Notes under the pieces: model-generated
The model's database searches: none
The model's input: only the letters and a program-made list of their open reading frames with translations
Told to the model about the DNA's origin: nothing
Translations under genes and position numbers: made by a program
In this document: piece by piece, positions 35,398-49,890 of the stretch
How the letters are laid out: each line of letters starts with the position of its first letter
Numbering within the stretch: the stretch's first letter is position 1
Assembly (NCBI RefSeq): GCF_009914755.1
Contig: NC_060935.1
Source: the human T2T-CHM13v2.0 reference genome, Homo sapiens
Strand: one strand, 5' to 3'
DNA: 64,000 nucleotides

Positions 35398-38382
35398 AAC
35401 ATGCAATACTTTTCTAACTGGTGTCTCTGACAATCAGGTTCCCCTTCAAGCCACTCTCTTTGCTGCCTCCTGCGAGAATGCTTAGCTTACAAATGAATCT
35501 GTCTGCATGTCTCCATTTCCTAACTTCTCAGCATAGTTTACAAAGCTCCCTATGATCTGGCCCTGCCCAACTCTCCAGACCCACCTTCCATTTCTTCTGT
35601 TAGTCCATGCCCCAGCAGTACTAGATAATCTGCCGTTCTCTGAGTAAATCATGTTCTTCCATACCTCTGGGCCACTGCCTAGGTCTCAAATGACCCTATC
35701 CCAGGGTCCATCCCGCTGTGTCCACTGTTTGCATTGGGTCAGAGCTTACTTAGTCCTTCAAGACTCAGCCCGAATACCATTTCCTGGACAAAGCTTTCTC
35801 TTGGCTATGCTTCTACCACAGCTTGTACGTATTCTCATGTCTACCTTTCACATTTCTCTTTCTGCAGTCTTCTTGAGGTCACAGATGTGATTTTATTTAT
35901 CTTTACAGACCCAATGCCTAGCGCCATGTCTGGTGAGTGAATGCACACAGGAAGAAAGCTTTGCCAAAATTTGCACACCTCGTTGCTGGAAGGACTAGGA
36001 CTGGCATTCAGGTCTTTGGACTCCCAAGCTATGCTCACCTCATCAGACCTGATGGCTCTAAGTAGGTCAGTTTTAGGTCCTGAGCTACTTGATCCATCTG
36101 GCTCCCAGTTAGAGAACAACAAGAAACTAATCACATGTCGTGGCTGCTGCCTCCGTAAGTGCTTCCATTTATTCACAAGCTGAAAGACAAAAGCTTGGCC
36201 CCCCAGCATATGCTGGATCAAAAGCAAGGAACAAAAAGGATTGTAAAAGAAAGACGCTGGAAACAGTAGCTACTTTGATGCAGGCAGCTCTTTGAGGAAG
36301 CAGCTGAGGACTGTGCCCCCAGCAGCAAAGAGAGAGAGAAGTCACTGCCAGAGGGTGAAGGAAATCACTGCAGGAAGGGTGGGACCTCACTGGCTTCTCT
36401 GCTGGTTTCCAGCGAGTGCCAGGAATGGGGGAGGGGTGTCTCATTAATCTCACCTCCTTGCTGCCCTGCCTGGGGTCTTTACAATCTGCTCCATTTGGAG
36501 ACTAAGGATTCCTACAGGAATGGCAATCTGAGCCAGAGATTTAGGAAGGAGGTTTATAAGTAATGGCTAGAGCGATAGAGTAATTAATAGGAAACTATTA
36601 TTAACAATACAGTGATTTCATAATGATTCCGCAGTTTATAATACAAATGTATACATCATTTGATGAATTATTGTATTGAGCCCGAGGATGCAGGAATGGC
36701 CAGATTCTGTCCTTGAAATAGCCACCCCTTCTCATGAGGACCCCTGAGAAAATATAGTAAGCACACAAAGAAAGGAAAGCAAAGCAATGCTTCATTGTTA
36801 GCTGGACTTGTGATCAAAACCCTAGCGCTCTCTGGTCAACTGGACTAGATGACGTTTTCTACTAAGCAAGTTAGGACTAAACAGCTCATAACAACAGCCA
36901 ATCCAATATACCTGCTTGTCTCGGGAAAGTGTAGTCAGCTGCAGAGAGACAGTGAGAGAGTGACTGTTTCCTTTGAATTCCTGCTCTCTGGAGTTGACTT
37001 GGGCAGCCTGGCTCTGAACCAGGACACCATCTCTGGGTTGGTGGCCATCTGAGAAAACATGGAGAAAAGACACTTTGAGGAAGGTAACCTCGTAATGCTG
37101 AGAGGAAGCTTATGCCCAAGCAGACTCCAAGGAGAATTTGGGATCTAACCCCAGAGCACTGCAGAGTGGAAAAGGCCAGGGGGAACCCCTTATCTTACCA
37201 GAAAACCAAGCAAAGGAGATAGCAAGAGGCTGGACTGAAGTTAAAGAATAATGCTTAAGTGTCTTGTTTGGGACTCAAAGGGCTTGCCCTCCCATTGTAT
37301 TCACAGATACAGCAAAAGACTTTGGTGAAATGCAATGTGGAAGGAGGAAGATTGGTTCCCATTGTGAATAAGGAAAAAATGAGTCCTGGGGTTCTGAAGG
37401 CAGCTTGAGATATTTTGAGCATTTCACCTCTGAAGTAAGAGTGCAACCCTCCAATTCAAAAGTGTAATTTCTAGTCCCTTTGTTGAAAAGTCAGTTATGA
37501 AACTTTACAGTTTCACTTTTGGCTTTCGGCTGAACTTTTCAGAGCCTTTAAGGCAAGGTGGGTAAGTATTTTTAGAGATGGTAACGAGGCCTGGGGGCTA
37601 TGCACACAGCTGGAGCTCAGCAGATGTCTCAGAGGAGAAAGATGAGAACCTCAGTCATGGTCAAGACCCCTCTCCGAATGGCTTCTCATCCCTCAGACCC
37701 ACAAGAGAGGTGCATCGTAAGCTCAAGACACCTGAGACACCTTAATTCTCTTCCCCAGCCCTCTCTCTGTCCCTTGAAAGGATGCAATGCGCTGGGGAGA
37801 TGAAACCAGTTTGCATCTTAGGAAGGATCTGGATTGTTTTCCTTCTTTCTCTGAGCTGTCACTTGCTATAAAAGCGATCATTGATATTCAGCCATTATGC
37901 CATTATACTTCCATAATCATTAATATTCTTAAAAGGCTCTTGAAACACATTTATACAAGGCTACATGATCAGTTCCTACATTTACTTTCAATTTAAATAA
38001 CAGTTTTAGCCAGGGTTTTGATGTGCTGTTTACTTTAATTACCATCCTGCCCCTTTCTGTGTCTTGACACAGTGTCATTTAATATTTTATGAATTTCCCT
38101 TAGCCCTTTTTTTCCCTGATATGTGTGATTTGAACGGGTTGCTGCTTTTTTAGAAAAAAATTTGTAGTTTTAACTTTTCTGAGACTTGCTGTAAACAAGA
38201 TGTGTCATGCCTATGGATTCTCTTCCCCCAGTGATAATGGGAGGAAATAAATAAAACAGCAGACAGCTGCTTTACCCAGATGGCACAGGGATGCCAGGGG
38301 GTTCTGGCCCTGCTGCAGGCACAGAGTGACAGGCCAGCAACTTCAGGTGAGGTGGGAAGCAGCCCAGAAGAGGTCAGCGTCT

Positions 38383-38512
38383 GCCTCTCAAGGTGTGGGC
38401 TGTCAGCATGAGGATCACCTGGGAGCCCCACTCCAGAACTACTGAGGCAGAAGCTGCATTAGAACAAGATCCCTAGGTGGTTTGTTTGAACACTGGAGTT
38501 TGGGAAGCACTG
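38383..38512. mobile_element. MER5A-type MITE
   Basis: atcacctgggag...ctgcattagaacaagatccctaggtgg...agtttgggaagcactg. Confidence 0.75.
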
Positions 38513-38730
38513 CACTAATGGAAATCAATTAGTGGATGTAAAGAAAATAGGCATTTCACGGCTGTTCTCTCCCAAGTCCCATGCTTTCATCAGAAAAAAA
38601 GCTCTACTTTTGGGATCTATGGCAGGTTCTTGGGGTCATTTATAAATAAGTGCTATACTTTAAATACTGTGTTCATGATCTGCTTCAAGATTTCCCCCTC
38701 TGTTTTTTCAGTGATCCATTTGTTTACTTA

Positions 38731-39035
<305 letters not shown>

Positions 39036-40564
39036 GAAATTTAGTATTCTATGTACTAGGAATTACAGAAAGTGATAAAGGAGACTGTGTGATATGGTCA
39101 GTAACAGAGTGTGTCAAAGTGCTAAGGAATCACAGTGGTGGAGACTGATGAGCAGGTCAGAGAAGTTTTCGTTGGAGGGGTACTTTCTGAACGATTCTTG
39201 AAGAATGAATGGGAGTTAGGGGTGGTTGGGGAGGACAGTGTTAATTGTGGCAGGATGGGGTTTGTGGTTGGAACGGTGCTGTCTTCTGGTCCAGCTGTGC
39301 CTGGCTCCGACCAAGGGCAGGGTCAATGTGCACTGCCTGCAGCAAGCATAGCAGTTTGGCAGGGAGGCTCATAACGGGGCGTTTACCCATCCTCAGAAAG
39401 CAAGGGCTTTCCTATGGGACTGTTGTTGGCTGCTGCCTGATGGAGGAACATGCACTGGAACTCGGGGCTAGGAGGTTACATGCAAACTCAGTTCTACTAA
39501 TTGCTAGTTGGGGCCTTTGATGACACCTTTTATGTCTCTGTAAAAGTTGTAAAATGTGCTTCTGTGAGGGCTAGATGAGATAAAACCCATGACAGAAACT
39601 GGCAGTCGGTAGTAACATTAGCTGGGTCTGAACGTGAATCCACGTTTGACGAGTACGGGAAGGAATAATAGCAAAGACAAGGAGAATAAGCCCAGGTAAG
39701 CATCTCTGGGATCCTAGAACAACAGAGACCATTGCATGACCAACTGGGGAGACAGAGAAAGAGAGCTTCCACCGGCCCCATTTCCCACCTCCTCCACCTA
39801 CTCTTTGTTGACACTTAATATAGAAACTAGGCCTGTAACTGGCGACAGATCAATACTTCCACTGAAGAATAAAACCTCTCATGGGGCAGCCCAGACCAGG
39901 GATATGATCTCAATAATGTGCGTCGGGGAATTGGGGCTTATTGGAGAAGGTGGCTTTGGAGGTAACAGGCAGCTGTCAGGCCCCAGAAAATGGAAAAGAA
40001 GTGGATATCAAAACCTGTAACTCTGGTTTAGGGACAGATATTATTTCCTTGTCTCTTTCTGTAGGAACTGAAGTCAATTGCCCTTTAGGCAGAACCAAAC
40101 CAAAGAGGAGACATAAACTCATTTTGAGTGAACAAATCCAGCTAAAAATTACTTTCTCATTGCTTCCTTTCTCAGATACGGCATTTATCATGGGTAACAG
40201 ATGAATGGATAATCTTAATTTAAAGGCAAAAATAAGGGGGATCCTTCCTGATACTGAAGGTACAAAATAAACATCCCAGTATTTCCAGGCCCCCACCTTC
40301 CAGGCATTGGCAATTCAGCAGAGGTCTGGGTTTATTCTCCAGTTATTACTGCATTTATGAATCCTCAATTAGTCCTGACTTTGCTTGAGAGTTTTTATGA
40401 AACTGCCTAGCGTAGTGCCTAGCAGAGAGTACATGTTGAATACATTTATTAGTTTCTTTCTTTCCATAGCTACTGCTGCTGGCTACCTTGCATTTCTGTG
40501 GATTTGGTCACAAGAGGGATTGTCTAGAGAGAACAGATGGTCTGGTTTACTTTCAATTGTAGTC

Positions 40565-40800
40565 ACAGCAATAATAGCACCATTTATGGGGCCATACACT
40601 ATACGCTAGAAGTTTTACACACATTTCCTCATTTAATACTCTTGTGAAATGTGCACTATCATCTCCATTTTGCAGATAAGCAAACCGAGGCTCAGAGAAG
40701 TGAAATCATTTGACAAGTCATACACAGCTAAAACGTAGATGCCAGAGCCAGGATTTGATGAGAGGTCCCCGTGACATTTCAACCCAAGCTGTTTTTGGTG
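40565..40800 (-). mobile_element. MIR SINE
   Basis: ctcatttaatactc...tctccattttgcagataagcaaaccgaggctcagagaagtgaa...agagccaggatttga. Confidence 0.9.
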
Positions 40801-40862
40801 TTCATATCACTTTCTAAACAGAGAACTGGAGAGCTGGAAGGACCCTCAGAGATCATCTGGGC

Positions 40863-41084
40863 CGGTGGTTCTCACCTGGGGGCGATTTTGTCCCCAGGGG
40901 ACATTTGAGAACATCTGAAGATATTTTCGGTTGTTACAACTAAGTGGGGGAGTAGGGGTACCTGCTCCTGGCCTCCAGTGAGGAGCCCAGGGTGCTGCTA
41001 ACCACTCTGCAATGCACAGGCCAGCCCCCATGACAAGGATTATCCTACCCAAAACGTCATTCGTGCTGAGGTTGAGAAACCCTG
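40863..41084 (+). mobile_element. MER20 nested in a MIR3-like element
   Basis: cggtggttctcacctgggggcgattttgtccccaggggacattt...gtgctgaggttgagaaaccctg; flanks gagctggaaggaccctcagagatcatct / ccaatctcctgattttacagat. Confidence 0.93.
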
Positions 41085-42060
41085 GTCTAGACCAATCTCC
41101 TGATTTTACAGATAAGAAAACCCGGGTGTGGGTAAGGTTAAAGGTCATGCTAATGTCCATGGACAAAGGCTGCTGGGAATCACCATACATCCCCCACAGT
41201 CCTCCCCCACCCTGTGCTGCCCAGGAAAAAGAGCTCAAAGGGAGTGCCCCAGACTGGCTGTCACAAGCATGGTGTGGAAAGGTCCTACTTAGTTTTCCAG
41301 GGAGCCAGCAATTGGTTACATCAGAAAACTTTATTCTCAGGGGCAGTGCCCTTATTTAGATTTCAGGGAAAAGCAAAAACAGCTAAAGTTTTCTCAAATA
41401 GTAAGTTTCCCAATTTGCTCCGGTTGATAATTTTCTAATGTAGATTCAGTGGAATCTGCCTGAGAGGGTGCTGAGTGGGGATGTGCTTGCCAAGGGGAAA
41501 ATGAATGTGTCCCCTGATTGGAGGCCGGCTTGTCAGACAACTGTGACTGTCAGCACACTGGGCTGGGGCCTGGCCTCAAGAAGGGAGTGGGGAGGAGCAG
41601 GGATGGGGCCTGGGGCTCAGGAAGGGGGCAGGGAGGAGCAGGGATGCACCTTCAGGGCAGAGAGGGTGCTGGTGGATCCCAGCTCCAAAGCACAGAGACG
41701 GCACAAGGCACAGTGGGCAGGGAGAGGGCGGAGGAGGGAGTGAACTGTCCCCCCTCCTCTGTCATGCCTGCATCACTGCCCGGGCAGTCTCCACAGTCCT
41801 GGGGGCCTGGGGAAGGAGTGGAGGGGACAGACGATGGTCTCCTGAGTCACACCGCCCCATGGATTCTGGGGAAGGATCTGGGCAAATCTGCAGCAGCTCG
41901 GAGTCTCAGTTTGTTTCCCTGCTGGTACGACGATGGCAGTAATACCCGTGCTGGATAAAGTGAGAGACTCTCGAGACACACAGTACATGCCTGCCTCTTC
42001 CCCAGCTCGGAATTCTCCAGTAGAGGGGGGCATTTTTAGACACAGTGAGCTAGAGGAGGC

Positions 42061-42422
42061 TTTTTTCGGTTTCTTAATTCTAAATGTTTAATTATTATAG
42101 GCACCTAATAGTTGTATATATTTATGGGGTACCTGTGATGTTTTGACACAAGTATACAACATGTAATGGTCAAATTGGGATAACTGGTATCCATCAACTC
42201 AAGCATTTATTATTTCTTTGTGTTAGAAACATTCCAATTCTACTCTTTTAGTTATTTAAAAATATACACTAAAATACTGTTAACTACAGTCACCCTGTGG
42301 TACTACTGACTATTAGATCTTATTCTTCTATTTAACTGTATTTTTGTCCTTCCTCATTAACCATCCCACTTTATCTCTCCCTTCCCACTACCCTTCCCAG
42401 CTTCTGGTAACCATCATTCTCC
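42061..42422 (-). mobile_element. L1MA 3' end
   Basis: tgtatatatttatggggtac...catttattatttctttgtgttagaaacattccaa...cccttcccagcttctggtaaccatcattct. Confidence 0.92.
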
Positions 42423-43299
42423 TTAGTGAGGGCTGCTGTTTGCAGAATGTTGGCCAGGGCAGGAGAATGTAAATACACGAGTATACCTAGACCTTCCGAT
42501 ATGCCAGCTGCCAAGCATGTGCCACCAACATCTAAGCCCAGGAACAAAATCCGACGCATTTTCATTCATAGGGGAATGAAATTAATTAATTAATTTTGAA
42601 TTAATCATAGGGGAGTAGCCTCCAACAGCCCCTGTTGCCCCCTCCACCCCTGTCTTGCCTTATCTGGTCCTTTTCCTTTGAGCAGGTGAGCGCTCTCTTG
42701 CTTCCTCACTCAGAGATTCCCAGTCACGGGCTGCAGCTGGAAGTGGGTTTCACAGAAGGTCCCAGGCTGGCCTCACCTGATATGCTCTGTGTGGACTTCA
42801 CTTGAGTCCTCAGTGCCAAAGGCAGGACTGTATGTGATGCGGGGTTTGCACAGAGCACTAATGGAGTCCGTTAGTATTCAGACTGAGTTTCCTATTTTTT
42901 TTCCCCCTAAGAGTGCAACACTGTGGTTCAATATTTGCTGGGTGGTAATTAATAGCACTTAATCTGTAAATCTGGAGCTGGTTTCTCATCTGCTGAGAAA
43001 TGAGGTTACCATAGCCACCCCATGTTTGGCTCCTTCTCTCCTTTTCCCTTCCCAGAAATGTCCTTTTGTGTTTTTCTCAGCCCTAGCAGGGCTCAGGACA
43101 AGAAGGCTAAAAGCACCCAGAGAGATTTGCTGCTGCATTAGCAGGCAGCTACCTGAAAGAAAAGTTTACGAAGACGAGAAGAAATGGGCTTCCACCCACC
43201 TCGGAGGCCTGATGTGCTGTCACACCAGACAATCCTCACAGGCAGAGGAGTCTCTTATTCTTCCACACAGGGTCCTAAACAAAGCATCTTCGGTGATCA

Positions 43300-43530
43300 A
43301 ACTATGATTTTTTTGACTGCCTACTGTGTTCCAGGTGGCTCAGATATATATTATCTAATTCTCATAACACTACAACAATCTTGAAAGGCGGGTATATATG
43401 ATACAAACGGTACAAATGAAGAAACTGGCTTTCAGAGAGACCAAGTAACTTGCTCAAGGCCACACAGCTAGAAATTAGCAGGATGGAAACTCCAATCCAG
43501 ACTGTTCTGGCTCCAAAGCCAAACCCTTCC
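43300..43530 (-). mobile_element. MIR SINE
   Basis: acaaatgaagaaactggctttcagagagaccaagtaacttgctcaaggccacacagctag...ctggctccaaagcc. Confidence 0.9.
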
Positions 43531-46500
43531 TCCCGTTCCGTGCTATTGTTAGAGATGTGAATTCCACTGATGTGAATTTCTAGCCTTCTGCATATGACTT
43601 GCCCACAGAGCATTAGGTGATACTTATAGTATTAATTCGACTGCCTTTTGGCATGGTTATGGGGCTTCTCTGCAAATTGCTTCATCCTCCTCTGCATAAC
43701 ACCCTTGTGTAGGAGGCTGGGTAGACATTACTAAATTACTTTCACTTTACAGATGGAGACACTGAGGCCCTGAGACATGAAGGGATCTGGGTAAAGCAAA
43801 ACAGCTCTTGAGTAGTATTTGCTCTGTCAGTCAGTGTGCCAGGTGCAGGTAGCGTCATGTGCCCTACCTGGGTCTTAAGGAATGATGAGATCCAGGCAGC
43901 TGGTGCTGACAGTGGCCTGTTCATACTCTTCCTGAAGGTATGTCACCTGGCTTTGTATGACAGCATGTTAACAACATCTGTAATTTGGGCAGGAGTGAGG
44001 AGAAGGAAACCACAGTTAAGGTATGTGTGGAGGTACTATGCAGGCAAACCAGCCCACAAGGGATGCTCTGGTCACTGGTGCAGATGATGGAAAACACCTA
44101 AAGGAGAACCGTAGCCAACACTGCAAATCAGGCAGCATGTATCAGAGTTTAAAAACCTCAGGGAGTTTTGGGCCAGCAAATAAAATGTGCTCCATTTTGC
44201 CAGAGCTGAGGGGATTGGGCAAGAAGGAGCACTTAGAATTTTGACACTGCACTTTGATCAGTTTGACGGGTTTAGTATTATAGAAATATTTCATTGTTTC
44301 AGCAGAGATGAGGAAATCTAATCATCCATACAGCTGCACTCTGAATTTGTCATGACTCACTGGAGGGTAGGGTGTATGGAGGGAGGGGGCAGAGAAAGAA
44401 AGGAAGAAAGAAAGAAACAGCTGATTTAAAATGCAGTTTAACCTGAGGTAATTTGGCCCATTAGTTCAAATTGTGTTTTTTTCTTCCCTCCTTCTTTTAT
44501 TTAAGTCATTGCTCTATTTTCAAGATATTATTTTTTAGAGGTGGCATCTAATTATGTTTTCTCTCCACATTCATTTTGAGCAGGTAATAAAGGCTATAGT
44601 GGGGGAGTTCTACGGTGATTAATGGAAGAAAATGCAGATGGGGCTGAATTGAAGCAACAGCATAGAATATGATTTTATAAACAGGATAGAAAGAAATTAA
44701 AGTGCTGCATTGCTAAACTCAGTGGAGATGGTATTCATTCTGTGTTTGGTGCTGCAGTAGTGGTCTGGAATTTGTCTGCAGAAAAGTCTTTCTGGATATA
44801 CCAGACCAGCCTTTGGTGTCACTAGGTCCTCTGACTTGAGTGTGACACAAAAGCCCCCCACTCACAGATCCCTCTCCTACCCAGGAGACATGTTCCTTAT
44901 ATTTGTGATGTATTCCTATGGGCAAAGTATCGCTCTAGCCCAGCATCCCCTTTTGTCTTGAGAGGGAAGGCCAATAAGATAATAATCCCTTAGCTTGACT
45001 GTGGCTCCAAGGGGGAGGTGCTAGTAGAGGGGCTCTAGTAGGGTGTCTTGATGGGGCACAGGGGATGGGGCTAGGGACAGGGAGCACAAAAATGGCCTGA
45101 AAGATAAATTTGTATTTTTGCATTGCTGGGCTAAAATATATCCTTTCCTTGTTGGGAGCAGAGAGGGTAATCCTTGTTAGATTTACATTAAAATGAGGTC
45201 GTGCTTCTTGGAAAAAGCCACTCACTGAGAAAGAAGATATCCATTGTTCCATGAGAGTCCCCCATGGTAGAGTGAGTGACAAGGTTCTTGGAAATATCAT
45301 CAGATAGTGCTTACTTTGGGGCTGAGTGAGAATAGGAAAGTGGCAGAACAGGGAAAAGGTTCCACCACAAGGAGCTCATTCCTGCAGACCCGGAATGGAA
45401 AACCATCTCCTGGCATTACATAACACAGGCCAACTCTCTCTTCTTAACAACAGGAAGAGGCAATTCAGGTCAAAGACAGACTCTCCTTTCCTATGCAGAG
45501 GGCTCTTGTCACTTTGTTAATTTCTTTGTTTGTGCTTCACCTTCTGTTCTCCATTTCCACTTTTCCCACTCCCTTGGAGCACAGATCCAAGTTTTAATCC
45601 AGATGCCCATAATGCTGCTCACCCATCACCTACCTGTGATATGGATATTAATATGCATATAATTTTAATGATACAGTCTTTATGGTCTTTCAATTCCCTT
45701 ACTTAATACTTACTATTTCTGTGTTTGTTCATAGTCTGTTGGCTCCCGTGGGGCCAGCACAATGACTCTTGCAGGTCTCTGTAATTCATACGGAGCCAGA
45801 CACTGAACTCCACCTTCAGATATCCCATGCCCATGTGTTGAGGGTGACAAGGAATGATTTCTTTCATCTAACCAGAGTTCAACAAATGCGTCTTGATCTT
45901 CAAAGAAAACACCTGAGAGTCCACAACAAGGGCCATAGGATGAATGGGAACTTTTAGTACATCGGAGAGTTTAAAAAGCACATAGGGGAATATAAGTTGA
46001 AAAGGGATATTCAGCAACAAATCAGACTCTTGTGCATAGAAAGGAGAGATCCCTAAGTGGAGAGGATGTGAAAAATTCAGAATGTGGGGCTTTGCTCATG
46101 GAGATTGTAGTTCAGTAGGTCAGGGTTAGAAGTCCAGAATCTTCTCCTCAGGCAATTCTAATGCAGCTAACATTTGGGAACCACTGAGGTCTTGGATGGC
46201 TCCCAAATGAAGAAACTGAAGCCTAGGAAAGTTCAATGGCTCATCCAATGCCATACGGCTAGGTGAGAGGGGGAGAGTGAGACTACCATTCCATTGCTCT
46301 TTTCATTAACCTTAACTCCACCACTCAGCATTTCACTAGCAGAGAATGTTGGTCTGGGGGTACCAGGAGGTTGAATGGAGGACGCTTGTGCTAAGAAGGG
46401 AGAACTATTTAGAACACATGTGAAACTCTATTTACACCAAGCTTTAAATTGAACTTCCCATTTCCCAGTTTCAGCTTCCAGAATGCAACCTTAATCTTGT

Positions 46501-46869
46501 TCATTTGCATAAGCTTTAAAATAAGCCTTTAGAACAAATGTAAATGGATCTTCAAAGAACAATATTATGATGGGTTCAGTGTAAATGACTCAAAAACATA
46601 TGGATGGCATTTCTTGAGGATTTCCCAGAGAGTCTTGCTGTCTGTCTGTATGCAAGGGAAGTTTATTATCAAAGCAAAACTGGGGGTTGGGAGAAGTGTG
46701 GTATTCTTAGGATAGTGTATCCTAACCTGCTTGTGGTTCTAATTTATTTTCATGCCTCAGTGAGCTGGACTGATAATATGGAATGGCCAACATCAAGCAG
46801 AAGTCAATCTCTTCGTCAGGCTGAATGTGGCTCACAGAAGCATCTCACACCCCAGGTCATAAGACACAC

Positions 46870-47040
46870 AACATGGATCTCAGAACTGGAAAGAACAAGA
46901 GATTTTCCCATAAAGCTCCCCTCACCATGGGCATGAGGAAACCAAGGTTCAGAGAGGGCAAGTGACTTGTCAAGGTCACATAGCCAGTACATGGTTGAAC
47001 TGGGACATCAGCCTAGGTATGTCTAACTCCGAATTTTATT
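46870..47040 (-). mobile_element. MIR SINE
   Basis: atgaggaaaccaaggttcagagagggcaagtgacttgtcaaggtcacatagccagt. Confidence 0.88.
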
Positions 47041-47514
47041 TTCTCTCAAATATATATCACCTAGCAGCTAAGAAATCAGCAGACAGTGGACTTTAGAACC
47101 AGGCAGGCAAACACAGCTTCAGGGTGAGGTTAGGCAGCTAGAACGTTATTGATCAACAACTTTGCCACATCACTGGCACATTCGTTGCTGGGCAACGTGG
47201 CTCCTCTCTGAAGAGGCAAGAAAAAGATTCTGAAGATGATGGATCTGCATTAAGCAAAACCCAATAACCAGGCACTTTCAGGTCAAAAACTTGGTTTGCT
47301 GTGGTTTGGAGTTTCTAGGTCAGCTGCCCAGGGGCTGTCCCCTGCTCAGCTTATCTGAGATGAGGCCATCAGTGAGGACCTCCTCAGAGAGAAGAGACAG
47401 GAAAACCAATTTAAGATTCCCTTAGACAGGGCAGATGGAGATATGGGCTTGTTTTCTGCCCAATGTTAGTATTGTATCTTATCTTACAGCTAGGTTGAAA
47501 TTAGAGTAGTTGGC

Positions 47515-47543
47515 AAACAAACAAACAAACAAACAAACAAAAC
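47515..47543. repeat. (AAAC)n microsatellite
   Basis: aaacaaacaaacaaacaaacaaacaaaac. Confidence 0.95.
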
Positions 47544-47949
47544 AGCACAAAGAGATGACTTGGGGATGGGAGGTGGGTGCTGCTAAACAGGGGCAAGTCA
47601 TTTACTGCCATGGGCCTCAGTTTCCCTATTTATAGAACGGTGAGCCTGGACTAGCTTCATGTTAGTCTATCAACAGGTGCTGGCTGGCTATAATAATCAC
47701 CTGGAATGTTTGTTAACCTAGAGACTCTGAGGCCCCAATTTCAGCTATTCTGATTTAGGAGGTTTGACATGATACTCAACAATAATTTCATCCATGCTAT
47801 CAGAGGTATTTACTGCATGTCTAGGAGATGTTCTGGGCTCTGTGTTAGGTACTGGGAATATAATTGTGAATGCATATTGAATGCAAAGCACTATATAAGG
47901 CAAATGGGGTATTTAAATCTTTAAAGAAGAATTCTTGTTGGACGAATGG

Positions 47950-48180
47950 CAGTGTAATATTACATATGTGAGATTTAGTCAGAATTGGATTTGAATCTTT
48001 ACTTTTCTACTTACTAGCTGTGTGACCTTATTTATGCAATTTACTTAACTTCTTTGATCTCATCTCTAATATGGGGATATGATTACGGTGCCTACTTCAT
48101 AGGATGGTTGATTATTACATGAGATAATCTGGCTGAGTTGCTCAGCACAGTTCCTGGAACATAGCCAAGGCTCACCAATG
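47950..48180 (+). mobile_element. MIR SINE
   Basis: ctacttactagctgtgtgacctt...aatatggggat...cctacttcataggatggttg...gcacagttcctggaacatag. Confidence 0.92.
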
Positions 48181-49817
48181 GCAAATACACACAGATTCCT
48201 GGGGTTTTAGGAGCTTGTAGGAGTGTGTGTGGTATGTATATGAGTGTGTGTGAGACCCACAGCATGCATGCATGTACAGTGTATACGTTTCTCAGAAGAA
48301 ATTTAGTGATGGGGAGACTACTATATTTCTGCTTGGCTTCATCAGGATGGCCTCATGGAAGAGGTGACATTAGATTTGGGCCTTAGCAATGGGCAGAATT
48401 TTGATAAGCAGAAATGAAGAGGAGCAGAAAATGTTCCAGAAAGTTGGGACTAGCCAAGGGGCAGAGGGCCCAGGAAGGTGGAGCTGTGCTTGGGAAAGTG
48501 GTGGACAGGCCATTCATGGAAGGCTTCCAATGGCTGAAGGGCCTTGGGTGCCAGTCAAGGGACAAAATGGACATTGGTTTGTCTTCTGAAACACACAACT
48601 TTTTTTTTTTTTATGGGTGGAAAGCCTTTGATAAGCATTTGTTGAATCAATGACTGAGATGTTGAGCAGGGGAGCAGCCTTTTCTGGGAGGTTCACCCGC
48701 AGGAGGTGTGCTGACCAGAGAGGATGAAAGGGAAGCTGGAGGCAGGGAGGTCAGGACTGCCATACTGTCCCAGACATGCAGAACAGGCTGCTGGACTAGA
48801 CGGGGACAAGGAAATGGAGAGGTGGCGCAGGTGCGAAATGTATCTTGATGGAAGCAGCACCAAGTTCTGGAGACTGATCAGGAAGCAGGTATGGAAGAAG
48901 CAGCAGAGACCTCAATTTTCAAAGTGTGTATCTGGAACAATACAGAACAGACAGAGCCACTAAATGGGGCTGAGGAAAAGCACTCAGAGCCTTTCCAGGC
49001 TAAGCCAGGGCTCCCTGGCGTGTGCCCCATGGTGCTGGCAATAGTGTCTCGTGGAAACTAAGGACCCGATGAACAGTACTCGTATTACTATTCTTTATAA
49101 TGCTCATGCCAATGTCAATGTTTTGAATGCTGCCTTCCCTGCTAGAATATAGGCTTCATGAGGCAGGTACTGTATTTGCCCTGTTGCCTGCTCTGTCCCT
49201 GACACAATAAATTGTGTCTGCCACATAGTAAGTGCTAAAAAAAAAAAAAAGGTGGGAAAAGTAGCTGAGAACTGGTTTACTGAGGAAAGAAGTTGACTCA
49301 CTTTCAGACACATTAGGTTGGAGGTGATGCGAACTGTCTTGCTGGAAGTGTCCACTGGGTAGTTGCATATTCTGGTTAGAGGTCCAGTTTCAAGAGGGAG
49401 ACCCTGGTCACCACTGGGCACCTCCTTCCACGCCAGGTATCACCTCCCTGTGGCCCTTTCCTTGAGAGGATCTCATGGGACCTCCTTCCAAATCCATCCC
49501 TAGTCTCCCGGCCACACATACTGGTTTCTCCCCCGAAAGGCTCTGAATTTGAGCTGTGGTGATATCTCTGTGATACAGGATAGCCTCTTTTGCCTAAAGA
49601 AAACCACTCTGAAATTGCAGGCTTTCAAATGAAGCTTTGTAGTACATGCTATAGCAATTCAAAACGGTGGAGGGAGGGGAAGAAGTCTGAACAATTGCTT
49701 AGCTCATTAAAAACAGCATTTGGTTCACATTTCAACATCTGAAAAAAAAAGACAAAATGGAATTTTACAATGTGGTCACCTGAGCTAAGAAAGATTAGTG
49801 AAGCAAGATCAAGATGG

Positions 49818-49890
49818 AAAACAAACAAACAAACAAACAAACAAACAAACAAACAGAAAAACAAAAAAAAAAACAAAACCCAAACAAAAC
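49818..49890. repeat. (AAAC)n / A-rich microsatellite
   Basis: About 9 AAAC units followed by an A-rich tail. Confidence 0.95.
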
